Assembly: GCA_001189095.1 (NCBI GenBank)
Contig: LFCK01000001.1
Span: 317,159-381,158, forward strand
Length of the DNA: 64,000 bases
Source: Parcubacteria bacterium C7867-001
GTDB lineage: Bacteria; Patescibacteriota; Minisyncoccia; Phycocordibacterales; Phycocordibacteraceae
Direction: 5' to 3'
Part shown: positions 1-9,131 of the stretch, piece after piece
Layout: each line of letters starts with the position of its first letter
Numbering within the stretch: position 1 is the first letter of the stretch
Program-made: the position numbers and the translations under genes
The notes under the pieces: model-generated
Told to the model about the DNA's origin: nothing
The model's database searches: none
The model's input: only the letters and a program-made list of their open reading frames with translations

Positions 1-1215
1 ATGCAAACCACTGACGTCTACGCTGAAACCGCGATCGGGACCGAATCGGAGCTCCCGAGCGTGCCCATCCACGAGTTTTTACAACGACTCAAGAAGGAGT
101 TGCCGAAGCTCATCGAGCTCGTGACCGGCGATACACTTCGCCACCACGAGCTTTGGGGAAAGGCGATTCCGTATCAGGTGCCCTCGTACGGCTCCGGCCG
201 CTCGAAAGGGCACTGTGTCCGTCCGGACATTCTGCTCACGCGGGATGGCCCGAAAATCTGCGAGCTCGACTTCGTCCCTTCGGGAAGGGGATACCTGCTC
301 GCGAGCCTTGGACATCGCCAGCAAGAAGAGTTCACGAAGGCGTTCGAACGCTGGTATCGCAGTATGGGGGCCACGAATGTCCTCTATACGACCGCCAGCA
401 CAACGACCTGCCGGAACGAAACAGAGTACTTTGCGAATCGCATGCGCCGGTTCACCGACATTCGCGTGAATCCGGTGAATATCGACCGCGTCCCTGACGA
501 ATGGGGAAAAGAACTCTTTGTCGATCGTCTCTCGTATCGAAGCGAGATGAATACTCGTGAGGAGGACAAACTCCTTGCGAATCTCGACGTTTCAACTGCC
601 GAGCCATATCTCGACAGCAAGGCTATATTCGCCATGATTCATGAGCCTTCGCTCACGAAGATGCTCGAAGAAGAATTGGGAGTGGAAACGCTCGAGTTCT
701 TCCGCCAAGCGTTCCCGCACACCATGCTCGTCTCAAGGATCAAAAGTCCGAAAGAGGTCGAGCGGATTGCGAAAGAGCGCGAGAAGTGGACGGTCAAAAA
801 CAGTGACGTCGAGACCGATGTCTCGTGGGGCTCCCGCGGCACAACCGTAGGCGCACGCACGAGCGAAAAGAAGTTCACCGGACTTCTCCTCGGCACGGCT
901 GCAAACGCAAAACCTGCGGGCACATATCCGATCCTGCAGCGTTGGCACGCGTCTCGCGACTTCTGGTACGTATGGAACGCCGTTATTGACGGCGTGTACG
1001 AACCGACACGTCTCTACGCTCCGGACAAACAGTCCGACACGAAGACAACGCGCTACGCCGAGAAGGAGGTAGGGGCTCGATTGGGCTTCTATTTTCTCGT
1101 TAATCGCGAAGCTCGGTCGTGCGAAGTCGCACCGTATGGCTGCATGGTCATGCGTCAGGACGACCTCATCCACGGGGCAAGCGATGCTCTGTGCGTAGCG
1201 GTACAAGCACGCTAG
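1..1215 (+). CDS. Putative circularly permuted ATP-grasp / glutathionylspermidine-synthase-like amide ligase (start may lie upstream of the window)
   Basis: Motifs RPDILLTRDGPKICELDFVPSG, DSKAIFAMI, WTVK...SWGSRG and YPILQ resemble CP-ATP-grasp proteins. Confidence 0.55.
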   Translation: MQTTDVYAETAIGTESELPSVPIHEFLQRLKKELPKLIELVTGDTLRHHELWGKAIPYQVPSYGSGRSKGHCVRPDILLTRDGPKICELDFVPSGRGYLLASLGHRQQEEFTKAFERWYRSMGATNVLYTTASTTTCRNETEYFANRMRRFTDIRVNPVNIDRVPDEWGKELFVDRLSYRSEMNTREEDKLLANLDVSTAEPYLDSKAIFAMIHEPSLTKMLEEELGVETLEFFRQAFPHTMLVSRIKSPKEVERIAKEREKWTVKNSDVETDVSWGSRGTTVGARTSEKKFTGLLLGTAANAKPAGTYPILQRWHASRDFWYVWNAVIDGVYEPTRLYAPDKQSDTKTTRYAEKEVGARLGFYFLVNREARSCEVAPYGCMVMRQDDLIHGASDALCVAVQAR

Positions 1216-1233
1216 TTCCTAGCTATATCTCTC

Positions 1234-1262
1234 AAAGCGGCGCAGTTCGCTGCGCCGCTTTT
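1234..1262 (+). terminator. Intrinsic terminator hairpin
   Basis: AAAGCGGCGCAG-TTCG-CTGCGCCGCTTTT. Confidence 0.75.
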
Positions 1263-1295
1263 CCGTACGAATCGTTATACTAACTTTCACAATCC

Positions 1296-2405
1296 ATGAA
1301 CGACATTGAACAACTAACCCGCGACTTGGTCGGCTTCCGCAGCAGCCATGAGCGACCTGAAGAACTCAAGAAATGCCTTGAGTATTGTGTGCGTTTCTTC
1401 GACGGGCTTCCGCTTACCGTCTCCCGCTTCGAATCAAACAGTATCGAATCGGTACTCATTCACACAGGAGCCGCGGACAATCTCGATGTACTGCTTGTCG
1501 GCCACATAGACATAGCCGACGGACACGACCGACTCTTCACCCTTGAAAAGAAGGACGGGAAGCTCATCGGTCGTGGCGTCGTCGACATGAAAGCCTTCAT
1601 CGCAACATCAATGGCCGTGCTGCGCGATATGGTCCAAGAAGGCAGCCCGCTTGCGTTGGGGCTTCTTGTGGTGACCGACGAAGAGCTCGGTGGAAAAGAT
1701 GGCAGCCGGTTTGTTGTTGAAGAAAAGGAAATTAGGGCGAAGGTGGTACTGGTGCCAGACGATGGCGACGATATTCGACGCGTCGTGGAGCAAACAAAGA
1801 ACGCCTTTGCGGTTAAATTCACCGCCCGAGGGAAGAGTGCCCACGGCAACCGCCCATGGGACGGCGTTAATGCGATTGAGCTCCTTCTCGCAACACTTGA
1901 GAACCTTCGCGCAACATTCCCTTCGTACCCATCTCCTCCGGAAACGAATTGGGTAAATACGCTCAATCTTGGAAAAATCGAAGGCGGGATTGCAAGTAAC
2001 GAGGTACCCGCCGACGCGTCCATGACACTCGATATTCGTATCGTTCCGCCAACAACACGCGAAGAGGTATTCAAAGCGCTTGACGCTTCGCTTGTCGACG
2101 GCATCTCATACGAAGTCCTTGTCGAAGCGACTCCGACCACTCTCAACAAGGAAGACTCGCTCGTACGCTCATATCTCCTGAACATCGAGCGGGTAACCGG
2201 AGAAAAACCACTCTTCAAGCAGAGCGGCGGCGGCACTGACGCCCGCTACTTCGCTGCACGCAACATGACCGTCATTGTGCATCAGGGCACAGGGGGAGAC
2301 GCCCAAGGGGAAGGCGAATATGTTGAACTCGACTCGCTTACACAACTCGTTGATATTCAGAAAGGATTTATACGAGAGATGGCGAGCAAAACGCCGGCTA
2401 GCTGA
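1296..2405 (+). CDS. M20 family metallopeptidase/deacylase (ArgE/DapE-like)
   Basis: GHID, GRGVVDMK, DEE, GKSAHG and GGGTDAR motifs. Confidence 0.9.
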   Translation: MNDIEQLTRDLVGFRSSHERPEELKKCLEYCVRFFDGLPLTVSRFESNSIESVLIHTGAADNLDVLLVGHIDIADGHDRLFTLEKKDGKLIGRGVVDMKAFIATSMAVLRDMVQEGSPLALGLLVVTDEELGGKDGSRFVVEEKEIRAKVVLVPDDGDDIRRVVEQTKNAFAVKFTARGKSAHGNRPWDGVNAIELLLATLENLRATFPSYPSPPETNWVNTLNLGKIEGGIASNEVPADASMTLDIRIVPPTTREEVFKALDASLVDGISYEVLVEATPTTLNKEDSLVRSYLLNIERVTGEKPLFKQSGGGTDARYFAARNMTVIVHQGTGGDAQGEGEYVELDSLTQLVDIQKGFIREMASKTPAS

Positions 2406-2423
2406 AATGGTATAATCGCCCTC

Positions 2424-3674
2424 ATGGATTTGGCGCAAGATTTAAAAGCGCGCGGCATCGCAGGGAACTCTTCCGCGCCGCTCGAAGAGATACTGAAAAC
2501 TAAGCGTGGCATCTACCTTGGTATCGATCCGACTGCCGACTCAATGCAGGCGGGGAATCTTTCCGTACTCATGCTTATGAAGCGACTCGCGAATGCGGGG
2601 CATCGCATCGTATTCGTGGTGGGCGGCGGTACTGGCATGATCGGTGATCCGCGCGAGAGCGGCGAGCGTTCACTCCTTGATAAGCGCACACTCGAGCACA
2701 ACAAGCGCGCCCTTCGTGCGCAGCTTCAGAAGATAATGGGTCGGAAAATAGAGATGGTGGACAACCTTTCGTGGCTCGGCAAGGAAGGATTGCTTCCGTT
2801 CCTTCGCGATATCGGCAAGCACTTCACCGTAAACGAACTCGTAAAGCGCGACCTCATCAAGCGCCGTCTCGACACGCCGGACGAAAGCATTTCCTTCACG
2901 GAGTTCACCTACTCACTCCTCCAAGGCCTCGACTTCCTCACGCTCTACAAGAAGAAGGGCGTCGACACGCAAATCGGCGGAGACGACCAGTGGACGAATC
3001 TCCTTTCAGGCGTTGAACTCATTCGTCGCAAGCTCGGACAGGAAGCGTACTGCTTCACCTCGCCGCTCGTCACCGACGCAAACGGCAAGAAATTCGGTAA
3101 GTCAGAAGGGAACGCGATATGGCTCGATCCGAAGAAAACCTCGCCGTTTGCCTTCTATCAGTTCTGGATTAATCTTCCGGACGCCAAGCTCGATATTTAC
3201 CTCAAGCTCTATACATTCCTCTCCGTAAACGAGATAGACGCGCTCATGGAGCTCCATAAAAGGAATCCGGGTGAACGGCAGGCACAGGAAACGCTTGCGC
3301 GCCTCGTTACTGAAACTGTGCACGGACCTGCAGCGACCGCGCAAGCAGCTGCAGCAACGGATGCGCTTTTCGGTAACCGTCCATTTTCGGAACTTTCGCG
3401 CGAAGAGATGGCCGTGGTTCTCGCGGAAGCAAGGAGTCTGAAGATTGATAAGGCGCGCCTTGCCGCTGGCTTCACTGCAGTCGACGCACTCGTCGATGGA
3501 GGACTCGCAAACTCGAAATCTGATGCCCGTCGCCTCATCGAAGCGAAGGGGGTGAGCGTAAACGGCGTAACTGCCGAAAATCCCGAGCATCCATTCTTCG
3601 AGACGGACTTCTCGACCGGTGCTGCCCTCGTCCGTAAAGGAAAACGCGACGTATTGCTCGTAATCTTGAAATAG
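2424..3674 (+). CDS. tyrS: Tyrosine--tRNA ligase
   Basis: YLGIDPTADS, QIGGDDQW, KFGKS; C-terminal S4 domain. Confidence 0.97.
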   Translation: MDLAQDLKARGIAGNSSAPLEEILKTKRGIYLGIDPTADSMQAGNLSVLMLMKRLANAGHRIVFVVGGGTGMIGDPRESGERSLLDKRTLEHNKRALRAQLQKIMGRKIEMVDNLSWLGKEGLLPFLRDIGKHFTVNELVKRDLIKRRLDTPDESISFTEFTYSLLQGLDFLTLYKKKGVDTQIGGDDQWTNLLSGVELIRRKLGQEAYCFTSPLVTDANGKKFGKSEGNAIWLDPKKTSPFAFYQFWINLPDAKLDIYLKLYTFLSVNEIDALMELHKRNPGERQAQETLARLVTETVHGPAATAQAAAATDALFGNRPFSELSREEMAVVLAEARSLKIDKARLAAGFTAVDALVDGGLANSKSDARRLIEAKGVSVNGVTAENPEHPFFETDFSTGAALVRKGKRDVLLVILK

Positions 3675-3713
3675 CTGGAAAATAGGGCGTGGAATTGCTA
3701 TAGTTCCCGAATT

Positions 3714-3796
3714 GCGTCGGTGGTAGAGTGGTCAATTACAACAGGCTGTAAACCTGTCGGCTTCGGCCTACGGAGGTTCGAATCCTCCCCGGCGCA
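3714..3796 (+). tRNA. tRNA-Tyr (GTA)
   Basis: Acceptor GCGTCGG/CCGGCGC, anticodon arm ACAGG-CTGTAAA-CCTGT, long variable arm, GGAGG-TTCGAAT-CCTCC T-arm; CCA not encoded at this end. Confidence 0.95.
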
Positions 3797-3954
3797 CAAG
3801 AATCCCCGTAAGGGGATTTGTGCGTTCGGAGCGTGTCTGGGAGACACGCGCGGAGGATTCGAAAACTTTGTGAGTATTTTCTGAAACGTAGTATTCAGAA
3901 AATCCACAAGGTGTACTGATCCTGTAAGGATCCAAATTCCTCCCCGGCGCACCA
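3797..3954 (+). repeat. Structured tRNA-Tyr 3' trailer element ending in a duplication of the tRNA 3' end
   Basis: Four hairpins; 3852-3863 antisense to the T-arm; TCCTCCCCGGCGCAC repeated at 3938-3952 and ending in CCA. Confidence 0.7.
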
Positions 3955-3998
3955 TAATAAGAAGAGTCGCCGCGGACGAAGGTCCGCGGCGTTCAGTT

Positions 3999-4268
3999 TT
4001 AGATGTCGTATTCCTTATGATGGTTCTTGAACGAGAAGGTTGGATTGTTGGTCGGTTTGCACCGCTCAGCATAGTCATCCGACTTGCGCCGTGCTTCCTC
4101 CATTGCGGAGCGCGCGAGCGGTTCCGCACGACGGCGGTAGACTCGCATACCTTCGACTTCGTCCGTGCGATAGGCCACCATGCCCGGATCGACTTTGTAG
4201 CAGACGTCCTTCTCATCGAAGAACCAGAACGCAGCAAGCAGCAAAGAGGCGAGGATGATGATTGGCAT
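3999..4268 (-). CDS. Hypothetical protein with N-terminal hydrophobic anchor
   Basis: MPIIILASLLLAAFWFF start preceded by AAGGAG. Confidence 0.6.
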   Translation of the reverse strand: MPIIILASLLLAAFWFFDEKDVCYKVDPGMVAYRTDEVEGMRVYRRRAEPLARSAMEEARRKSDDYAERCKPTNNPTFSFKNHHKEYDI

Positions 4269-4362
4269 CACGTTCTCCTTTCGTTGTTTCCGCGTATCGT
4301 CCCATACCCATGGTAGCAGGGGATGCTGCCGAGGCGAAGCGGCATCTGGTATAGTTTCCTGC

Positions 4363-5304
4363 ATGAGCGCAAAACAAACCCTCCTTACCGGCCTCCAGCC
4401 TTCCGGCGATCTCCATATCGGCAATTACTTCGGCGCCTTGAAGCCCTTCCTCGATGTATATAAGGACTACCAGAGCTTCCTCATGGTCGCTGACTACCAT
4501 GCACTCACGTCTGTTCGAGATGGAGCAAAACTTCGCCAAGGGATTATCGATATCGTCCGCACGTATCTCGCAGTTGGCGTTGACCCAAAGGACGCGGTGA
4601 TTTTCAAGCAGTCGCTCGTGCAGGAGCACACGGAGCTCGCATGGATTTTCGACTGCCTCGTGACCGTTCCATTCCTTCAGCAAGCACACGCGTATAAGGA
4701 CAAGGTCGCTAAGGGCCTCGAGGCGAATGCGGGACTCTTTACGTACCCAATGCTTATGGCTGCAGACATCCTTCTCTATAATGCGGACGTCGTGCCTGTC
4801 GGCGAAGATCAGCGTCAGCACATCGAATACGCGCGTGAAGCAGCTGCAAAATTCAACAACGCCTACGGCGAGACGTTCAAGGAGCCGAAAGACATGATTC
4901 TCAAGGGTGTGGGTGTTGTGCCGGGAACCGACGGTCAGAAGATGAGCAAGAGCTACGGCAACACCATTCCGCTTTTTGCATCAAAAGACGTTATTGCGGA
5001 AAGAGTCATGAGCATCGTTACGGATTCGAGCGGCGACAAGCCGGAAAACGTGTATGCCATCCACAAGCTCGTGCGCAGCGAGACTGAGCTTGAGCCGATA
5101 TATAAGGAATACGCAGGTAAGTACAAAGCGCTTAAAGAAACACTGATCGACGATCTCGACGCATTCATTTCTCCGATGCGCGAACGCTACGAATCTATTA
5201 CGGACGAGCAAGTAATCGCCGTTATCGAAGAAGGTTCTGCTAAGGCTCGCGAAATCGCGAAATCCAAAATGGAGGCCGTCCGAGCTGTCGTTGGCGTCGC
5301 CTAA
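4363..5304 (+). CDS. trpS: Tryptophan--tRNA ligase
   Basis: GLQPSGDLHIGN, YPMLMAADIL, VPVGEDQ, KMSKS. Confidence 0.97.
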   Translation: MSAKQTLLTGLQPSGDLHIGNYFGALKPFLDVYKDYQSFLMVADYHALTSVRDGAKLRQGIIDIVRTYLAVGVDPKDAVIFKQSLVQEHTELAWIFDCLVTVPFLQQAHAYKDKVAKGLEANAGLFTYPMLMAADILLYNADVVPVGEDQRQHIEYAREAAAKFNNAYGETFKEPKDMILKGVGVVPGTDGQKMSKSYGNTIPLFASKDVIAERVMSIVTDSSGDKPENVYAIHKLVRSETELEPIYKEYAGKYKALKETLIDDLDAFISPMRERYESITDEQVIAVIEEGSAKAREIAKSKMEAVRAVVGVA

Positions 5305-5345
5305 TCCGCGCAGAAACTGCGCGGGCGTGCTATTTTATAGCTCAT

Positions 5346-6677
5346 ATGGAGCGGACACTTATCGGGGAGCTTAGTGGGAAAGTTGGACAGGAAGTAACTA
5401 TTTTTGGCGTTGCGGACGTCCGCCGCGATCAGGGCAAGATGGTCTTTTTTGATTTCCGCGATCGCTCAGGAAAAGTGCAGGGCGTTGTCCTCCCGAACAG
5501 TCCCGCGATGGACGTTGCGAAGGAAACGACCATCGAATCTTCGGTGCGCGTGAGCGGCATCGTGAACAAGCGCCCCGAGAAGAACGTAGTCGCGGGAAAG
5601 CAAAACGGCGACATCGAGCTTGAAATACAGGGAATTGAAATCGTCGGAAAGGCGGAGGTACTCCCGTTTGAGCCTGACGCGGAACTCAATCTCGACACCC
5701 ACCTCGATAACCTGCCACTCACCCTGCGCACCGAGCGCTCGCGCGCCATTTTCAAAGTGCAGTCTGAAATCATCGGCGCGTACCGTGAATTCCTCACGAA
5801 GGAAGGTTTCCGCGAGTTCCAAGCTCCGAAACTCATCGGCGACGACGCTGAAGGAAGCGGTGAAGTGTTTGAGGTTCCGTACTTCTACGACAAGACCGCG
5901 CACCTTGCGACCTCGCCGCAGCTCTACAAGCAGATCATGGTCGGGGTCTTCGAGCGCGTGTTCTGCGCCGGCATCGTTTTCCGCGCGGAAAAGCATGCGA
6001 CGACCCGCCACCTGAACGAATACACCTCGCTCGATATGGAGATGGGCTTCATTGAGGATCATCACGACCTCATGAACATGGAAACGAAGCTTATGCGCCA
6101 TATCACGGACCACCTTCGCGCGACCTGCGCGGACGAATTCGCGATTCTCGGCGCCGACATTCCGAAGGTTCCGGAAGAGATTCCATTCATGAAGCTTCGC
6201 GAAGCGCAGGAACTCATTAAGAAAGAGACTGGAGCTGATAAAACGAACGAGCCGGACCTCGAACCGGAAGACGAGCGCTGGCTCTGCGAGTGGGCGGCAA
6301 AGGAACGCGGTTCGGATTTCATTTTCGTGACGCACTATCCTGTGGCTAAGCGCCCGATGTACACGATGGAGGACGAAAACGATAAAGGCTTCACCAAGAG
6401 CTTCGACCTCCTTTTCCGCGGCATCGAAATCACGACCGGCGGGCAGCGTCGCCATGACTATCAGAACCTCATCGACGGCATCAAGATGAAAGGCCTTAAT
6501 CCTGACCAGTTCTCCTACTATCTCCAGGCCTTCAAATACGGCATGCCGCCACACGGCGGTTGGGGCATGGGCCTCGAACGCCTCACTGCGAAGTTCCTTA
6601 ATCTCGCAAACGTGAAAGAAGCTGCACTCTTCCCACGCGATATCAACCGCATCGATACACGACTTTCAGAAAACTAA
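5346..6677 (+). CDS. aspS: Aspartate--tRNA(Asp/Asn) ligase, non-discriminating archaeal type
   Basis: OB-fold start, SPQLYKQ, FRAEKH..RHLNEY, GMPPHGGWGMGLER; short, no GAD insert. Confidence 0.93.
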   Translation: MERTLIGELSGKVGQEVTIFGVADVRRDQGKMVFFDFRDRSGKVQGVVLPNSPAMDVAKETTIESSVRVSGIVNKRPEKNVVAGKQNGDIELEIQGIEIVGKAEVLPFEPDAELNLDTHLDNLPLTLRTERSRAIFKVQSEIIGAYREFLTKEGFREFQAPKLIGDDAEGSGEVFEVPYFYDKTAHLATSPQLYKQIMVGVFERVFCAGIVFRAEKHATTRHLNEYTSLDMEMGFIEDHHDLMNMETKLMRHITDHLRATCADEFAILGADIPKVPEEIPFMKLREAQELIKKETGADKTNEPDLEPEDERWLCEWAAKERGSDFIFVTHYPVAKRPMYTMEDENDKGFTKSFDLLFRGIEITTGGQRRHDYQNLIDGIKMKGLNPDQFSYYLQAFKYGMPPHGGWGMGLERLTAKFLNLANVKEAALFPRDINRIDTRLSEN

Positions 6678-6678
6678 T

Positions 6679-7635
6679 ATGACACTCAAAGAAATCTACG
6701 ACCTCGGCATACAGATGGGCATTGATGCTGATCCCCGTGGCCGCGCGTCCGTTGAGAAAGTTCTTGCTCGCCGAAATAAAGAGTTCGGTGCGCTTTCAAA
6801 AGAGAAGCAAGCAGAATTCGACAAAGAAGAGCTGACGAATCCCTACACCGACACTCGCATCCTCTTCGGTGATCCAGCCAAGGAGGTTCGAAATGTACTT
6901 GCTGGCATCGATATCGACGCTGCCGAAATACTGCTTGCCGACCGTCTCAACGAGAAGGGAGCGAATATCGACCTCGTCATTGCGCACCATCCGAACGGCG
7001 AATCGCTCGCCGCGCTTCACGAAGTCATGGACATGCAGGCGGACATCATGAATAAGTACGGCGTTCCCATAAACATCGCTGAAGGACTTCTGCGCGAGCG
7101 CATCAAGCAGGTTGGCCGTCGCTTCAATCCGATGAACCACACGCAGGCAGTGGATGCCGCTCGACTCCTCGGCATCGCGCATATGTGCAGTCACACCATT
7201 ACGGACAATATGGTCTACGAATTCCTCGAGAACCTCGTTACCTCCCGCGAGTTCGAAACCGTCGGCGACGTTATCGAAATGCTCAAAGAAATCCCTGAGT
7301 ACCAGGAAGCGGCAAAGGGGAAGGCAGGACCGACCATTGTCTCCGGAAGCGAGAAGAGTCGCGCAGGAAAAGTTGCTGCGCTTGAAATCACCGGCGGCAC
7401 TAACGCTGCGGAGAACGTCTACGAGCGCCTTTCGCACGCTGGCATCGGCACCATCATCTCCATGCATGCAGGCGAAGAGCACCTCAAAGAAGCGCAGAAG
7501 CACCACATCAACATGGTCATCGCGGGACACATGAGCTCCGACAGCCTTGGCATGAATCTTTTCCTCGACGCGATTGAAAAGAAGGGAGTTGGCGTAACTG
7601 CGTGCTCCGGTTTGATACGCGTAAAGCGAATTTAG
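6679..7635 (+). CDS. NIF3-like dinuclear metal protein
   Basis: NPYTDTRIL, IAHHP, HTITDN, IAGHMSSDSLGMN. Confidence 0.85.
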   Translation: MTLKEIYDLGIQMGIDADPRGRASVEKVLARRNKEFGALSKEKQAEFDKEELTNPYTDTRILFGDPAKEVRNVLAGIDIDAAEILLADRLNEKGANIDLVIAHHPNGESLAALHEVMDMQADIMNKYGVPINIAEGLLRERIKQVGRRFNPMNHTQAVDAARLLGIAHMCSHTITDNMVYEFLENLVTSREFETVGDVIEMLKEIPEYQEAAKGKAGPTIVSGSEKSRAGKVAALEITGGTNAAENVYERLSHAGIGTIISMHAGEEHLKEAQKHHINMVIAGHMSSDSLGMNLFLDAIEKKGVGVTACSGLIRVKRI

Positions 7636-7641
7636 GTTCGA

Positions 7642-7744
7642 TTAAAAACCGTTCATGGAGTCGACGTGCGACTCGGAACGGTAAGACTTTGCCTAGCGGC
7701 CCGGAGCGCCGTTTCGAGGTGCATGTCGGCGGAATAGGTTTTAA
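7642..7744. repeat. Imperfect long palindrome (MITE/REP-like), related to 56883-56968
   Basis: TTAAAAACC/GGTTTTAA, GTCGACGTGC/GCATGTCGGC, CTCGGAACGG/CCGTTTCGAG. Confidence 0.6.
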
Positions 7745-7784
7745 GGAACACTCCTAGACGCAAAATCGGTTAGAATGTAGCTAA

Positions 7785-8528
7785 ATGGACACCGAAGTCA
7801 TCGGCGAGAGCGTGCATATCAAGACGGACTCCTACGAAGGGCCGTTCGAGCTCGTTATTGAGCTTATCGAAAAGCGAAAACTGCTCGTTAATGAAATAAC
7901 GCTCGCTCAGATAACGGACGAATTCATCGCTCACGTGCGAGGCCAAGCGCAGTTCCCGATGGAAGCGGCAGCGAACTTCATCGGTGTCGCCGCGACACTC
8001 CTCCTCATCAAGTCGAAGTCGCTCATCCCCGACCTCGAACTCTCAAGCGAAGAAGAAAGCGACGTCGAAGAGCTCAAGCGTCGCCTCATGCAGTACGAAG
8101 AGACCCGCGAGACAGCTCGCGAGCTCGCCAAACTCTTCGGGAGAAGCGTCATGGTCGAACGCGGCGAACGTACGCCCGAGCCAATTTTTTCGCCTAGCAG
8201 CGACCTTTCAAAAGCGAACCTTGAACAATCGCTCGATCAACTGCTCGCCTCACTCGCAAAAGAAGAGAAGCTTCCAGAGGTCCGTGTGCGCCCCGTCGTT
8301 ACGATTGAGGAAATGATGGAGCGACTCCTCGGCCGCGTGCAGAAAGCGCTCTCGCTCTCCTTCAAGGAGTTCTCGGGTGAATCCAAGGAGCGCGTCGAAG
8401 TCATCGTTTCATTCCTCGCACTCCTCGAACTCATAAAAATGGGCCGCCTTGACGCCTCGCAGGATGGCGGGCATTTCTCCGACATCAATATTAAAAATCT
8501 CTCCGCGGACGTTCCCAGCTACGGCTAG
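7785..8528 (+). CDS. scpA: Segregation and condensation protein A
   Basis: YEGPFELVIELI, LLLIKSKSL, VSFLALLEL. Confidence 0.93.
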   Translation: MDTEVIGESVHIKTDSYEGPFELVIELIEKRKLLVNEITLAQITDEFIAHVRGQAQFPMEAAANFIGVAATLLLIKSKSLIPDLELSSEEESDVEELKRRLMQYEETRETARELAKLFGRSVMVERGERTPEPIFSPSSDLSKANLEQSLDQLLASLAKEEKLPEVRVRPVVTIEEMMERLLGRVQKALSLSFKEFSGESKERVEVIVSFLALLELIKMGRLDASQDGGHFSDINIKNLSADVPSYG

Positions 8529-8567
8529 GGTTTTTCTCGTCGCGCTTATGCGTTATTCTTGAAACAT

Positions 8568-9131
8568 ATGGCTCTGACCCCTCCGGCGATGCTTGAAGCC
8601 CTTTTGTTCGCCTCGGGCGAACCGCTTCCTAAAAAGCGCCTTGCGGCGCTTATCGGTGTGCCTGCTGACATGCTCCAGAAGGCGATAGACACGCTCCAAG
8701 AAGACCTCAAGGACCGCGGACTCGCCATTGTGGAAACAGGCGAGGATGTCGAGCTCCGCACCAGCCCCGAGGCTGCGCCACTCATCAAGAAGCTCCGCGA
8801 AAACGAGCTTTCCCGCGACCTCGGGAAAGCTGGCCTTGAAACGCTTGCGCTCGTCCTCTACAAGAAGTCCGCGACCAGAAGCGAGATAGATTTTGTACGC
8901 GGCGTGAATTCAACAGCAGCACTCCGCTCGCTCCTCCTACGCGGCCTCATTGAGCGTACGGAAGACGATACTGATCGCCGCCGCGCGAAGTACCGCGCAA
9001 CGACCGACGCACTTGCACATCTCGGCGTCTCCAAAGTAGAGGACTTGCCGCGCTACTCGCAATTTACGGGAGCGCTCAAAGCACACGAAACCGCAGTGGC
9101 TGCAGCCGTGCCTGAAGATCATGATGGATAA
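8568..9131 (+). CDS. scpB: Segregation and condensation protein B
   Basis: LEALLFASGEP, LETLALVLY, TRSEIDFVRGVNS. Confidence 0.93.
   Translation: MALTPPAMLEALLFASGEPLPKKRLAALIGVPADMLQKAIDTLQEDLKDRGLAIVETGEDVELRTSPEAAPLIKKLRENELSRDLGKAGLETLALVLYKKSATRSEIDFVRGVNSTAALRSLLLRGLIERTEDDTDRRRAKYRATTDALAHLGVSKVEDLPRYSQFTGALKAHETAVAAAVPEDHDG

Noticed and set aside
3797-3954. tRNA intron or prophage attachment site with integrated island
   Set aside because: The upstream tRNA is complete without splicing, and only ~155 bp lies between the repeats with no integrase.
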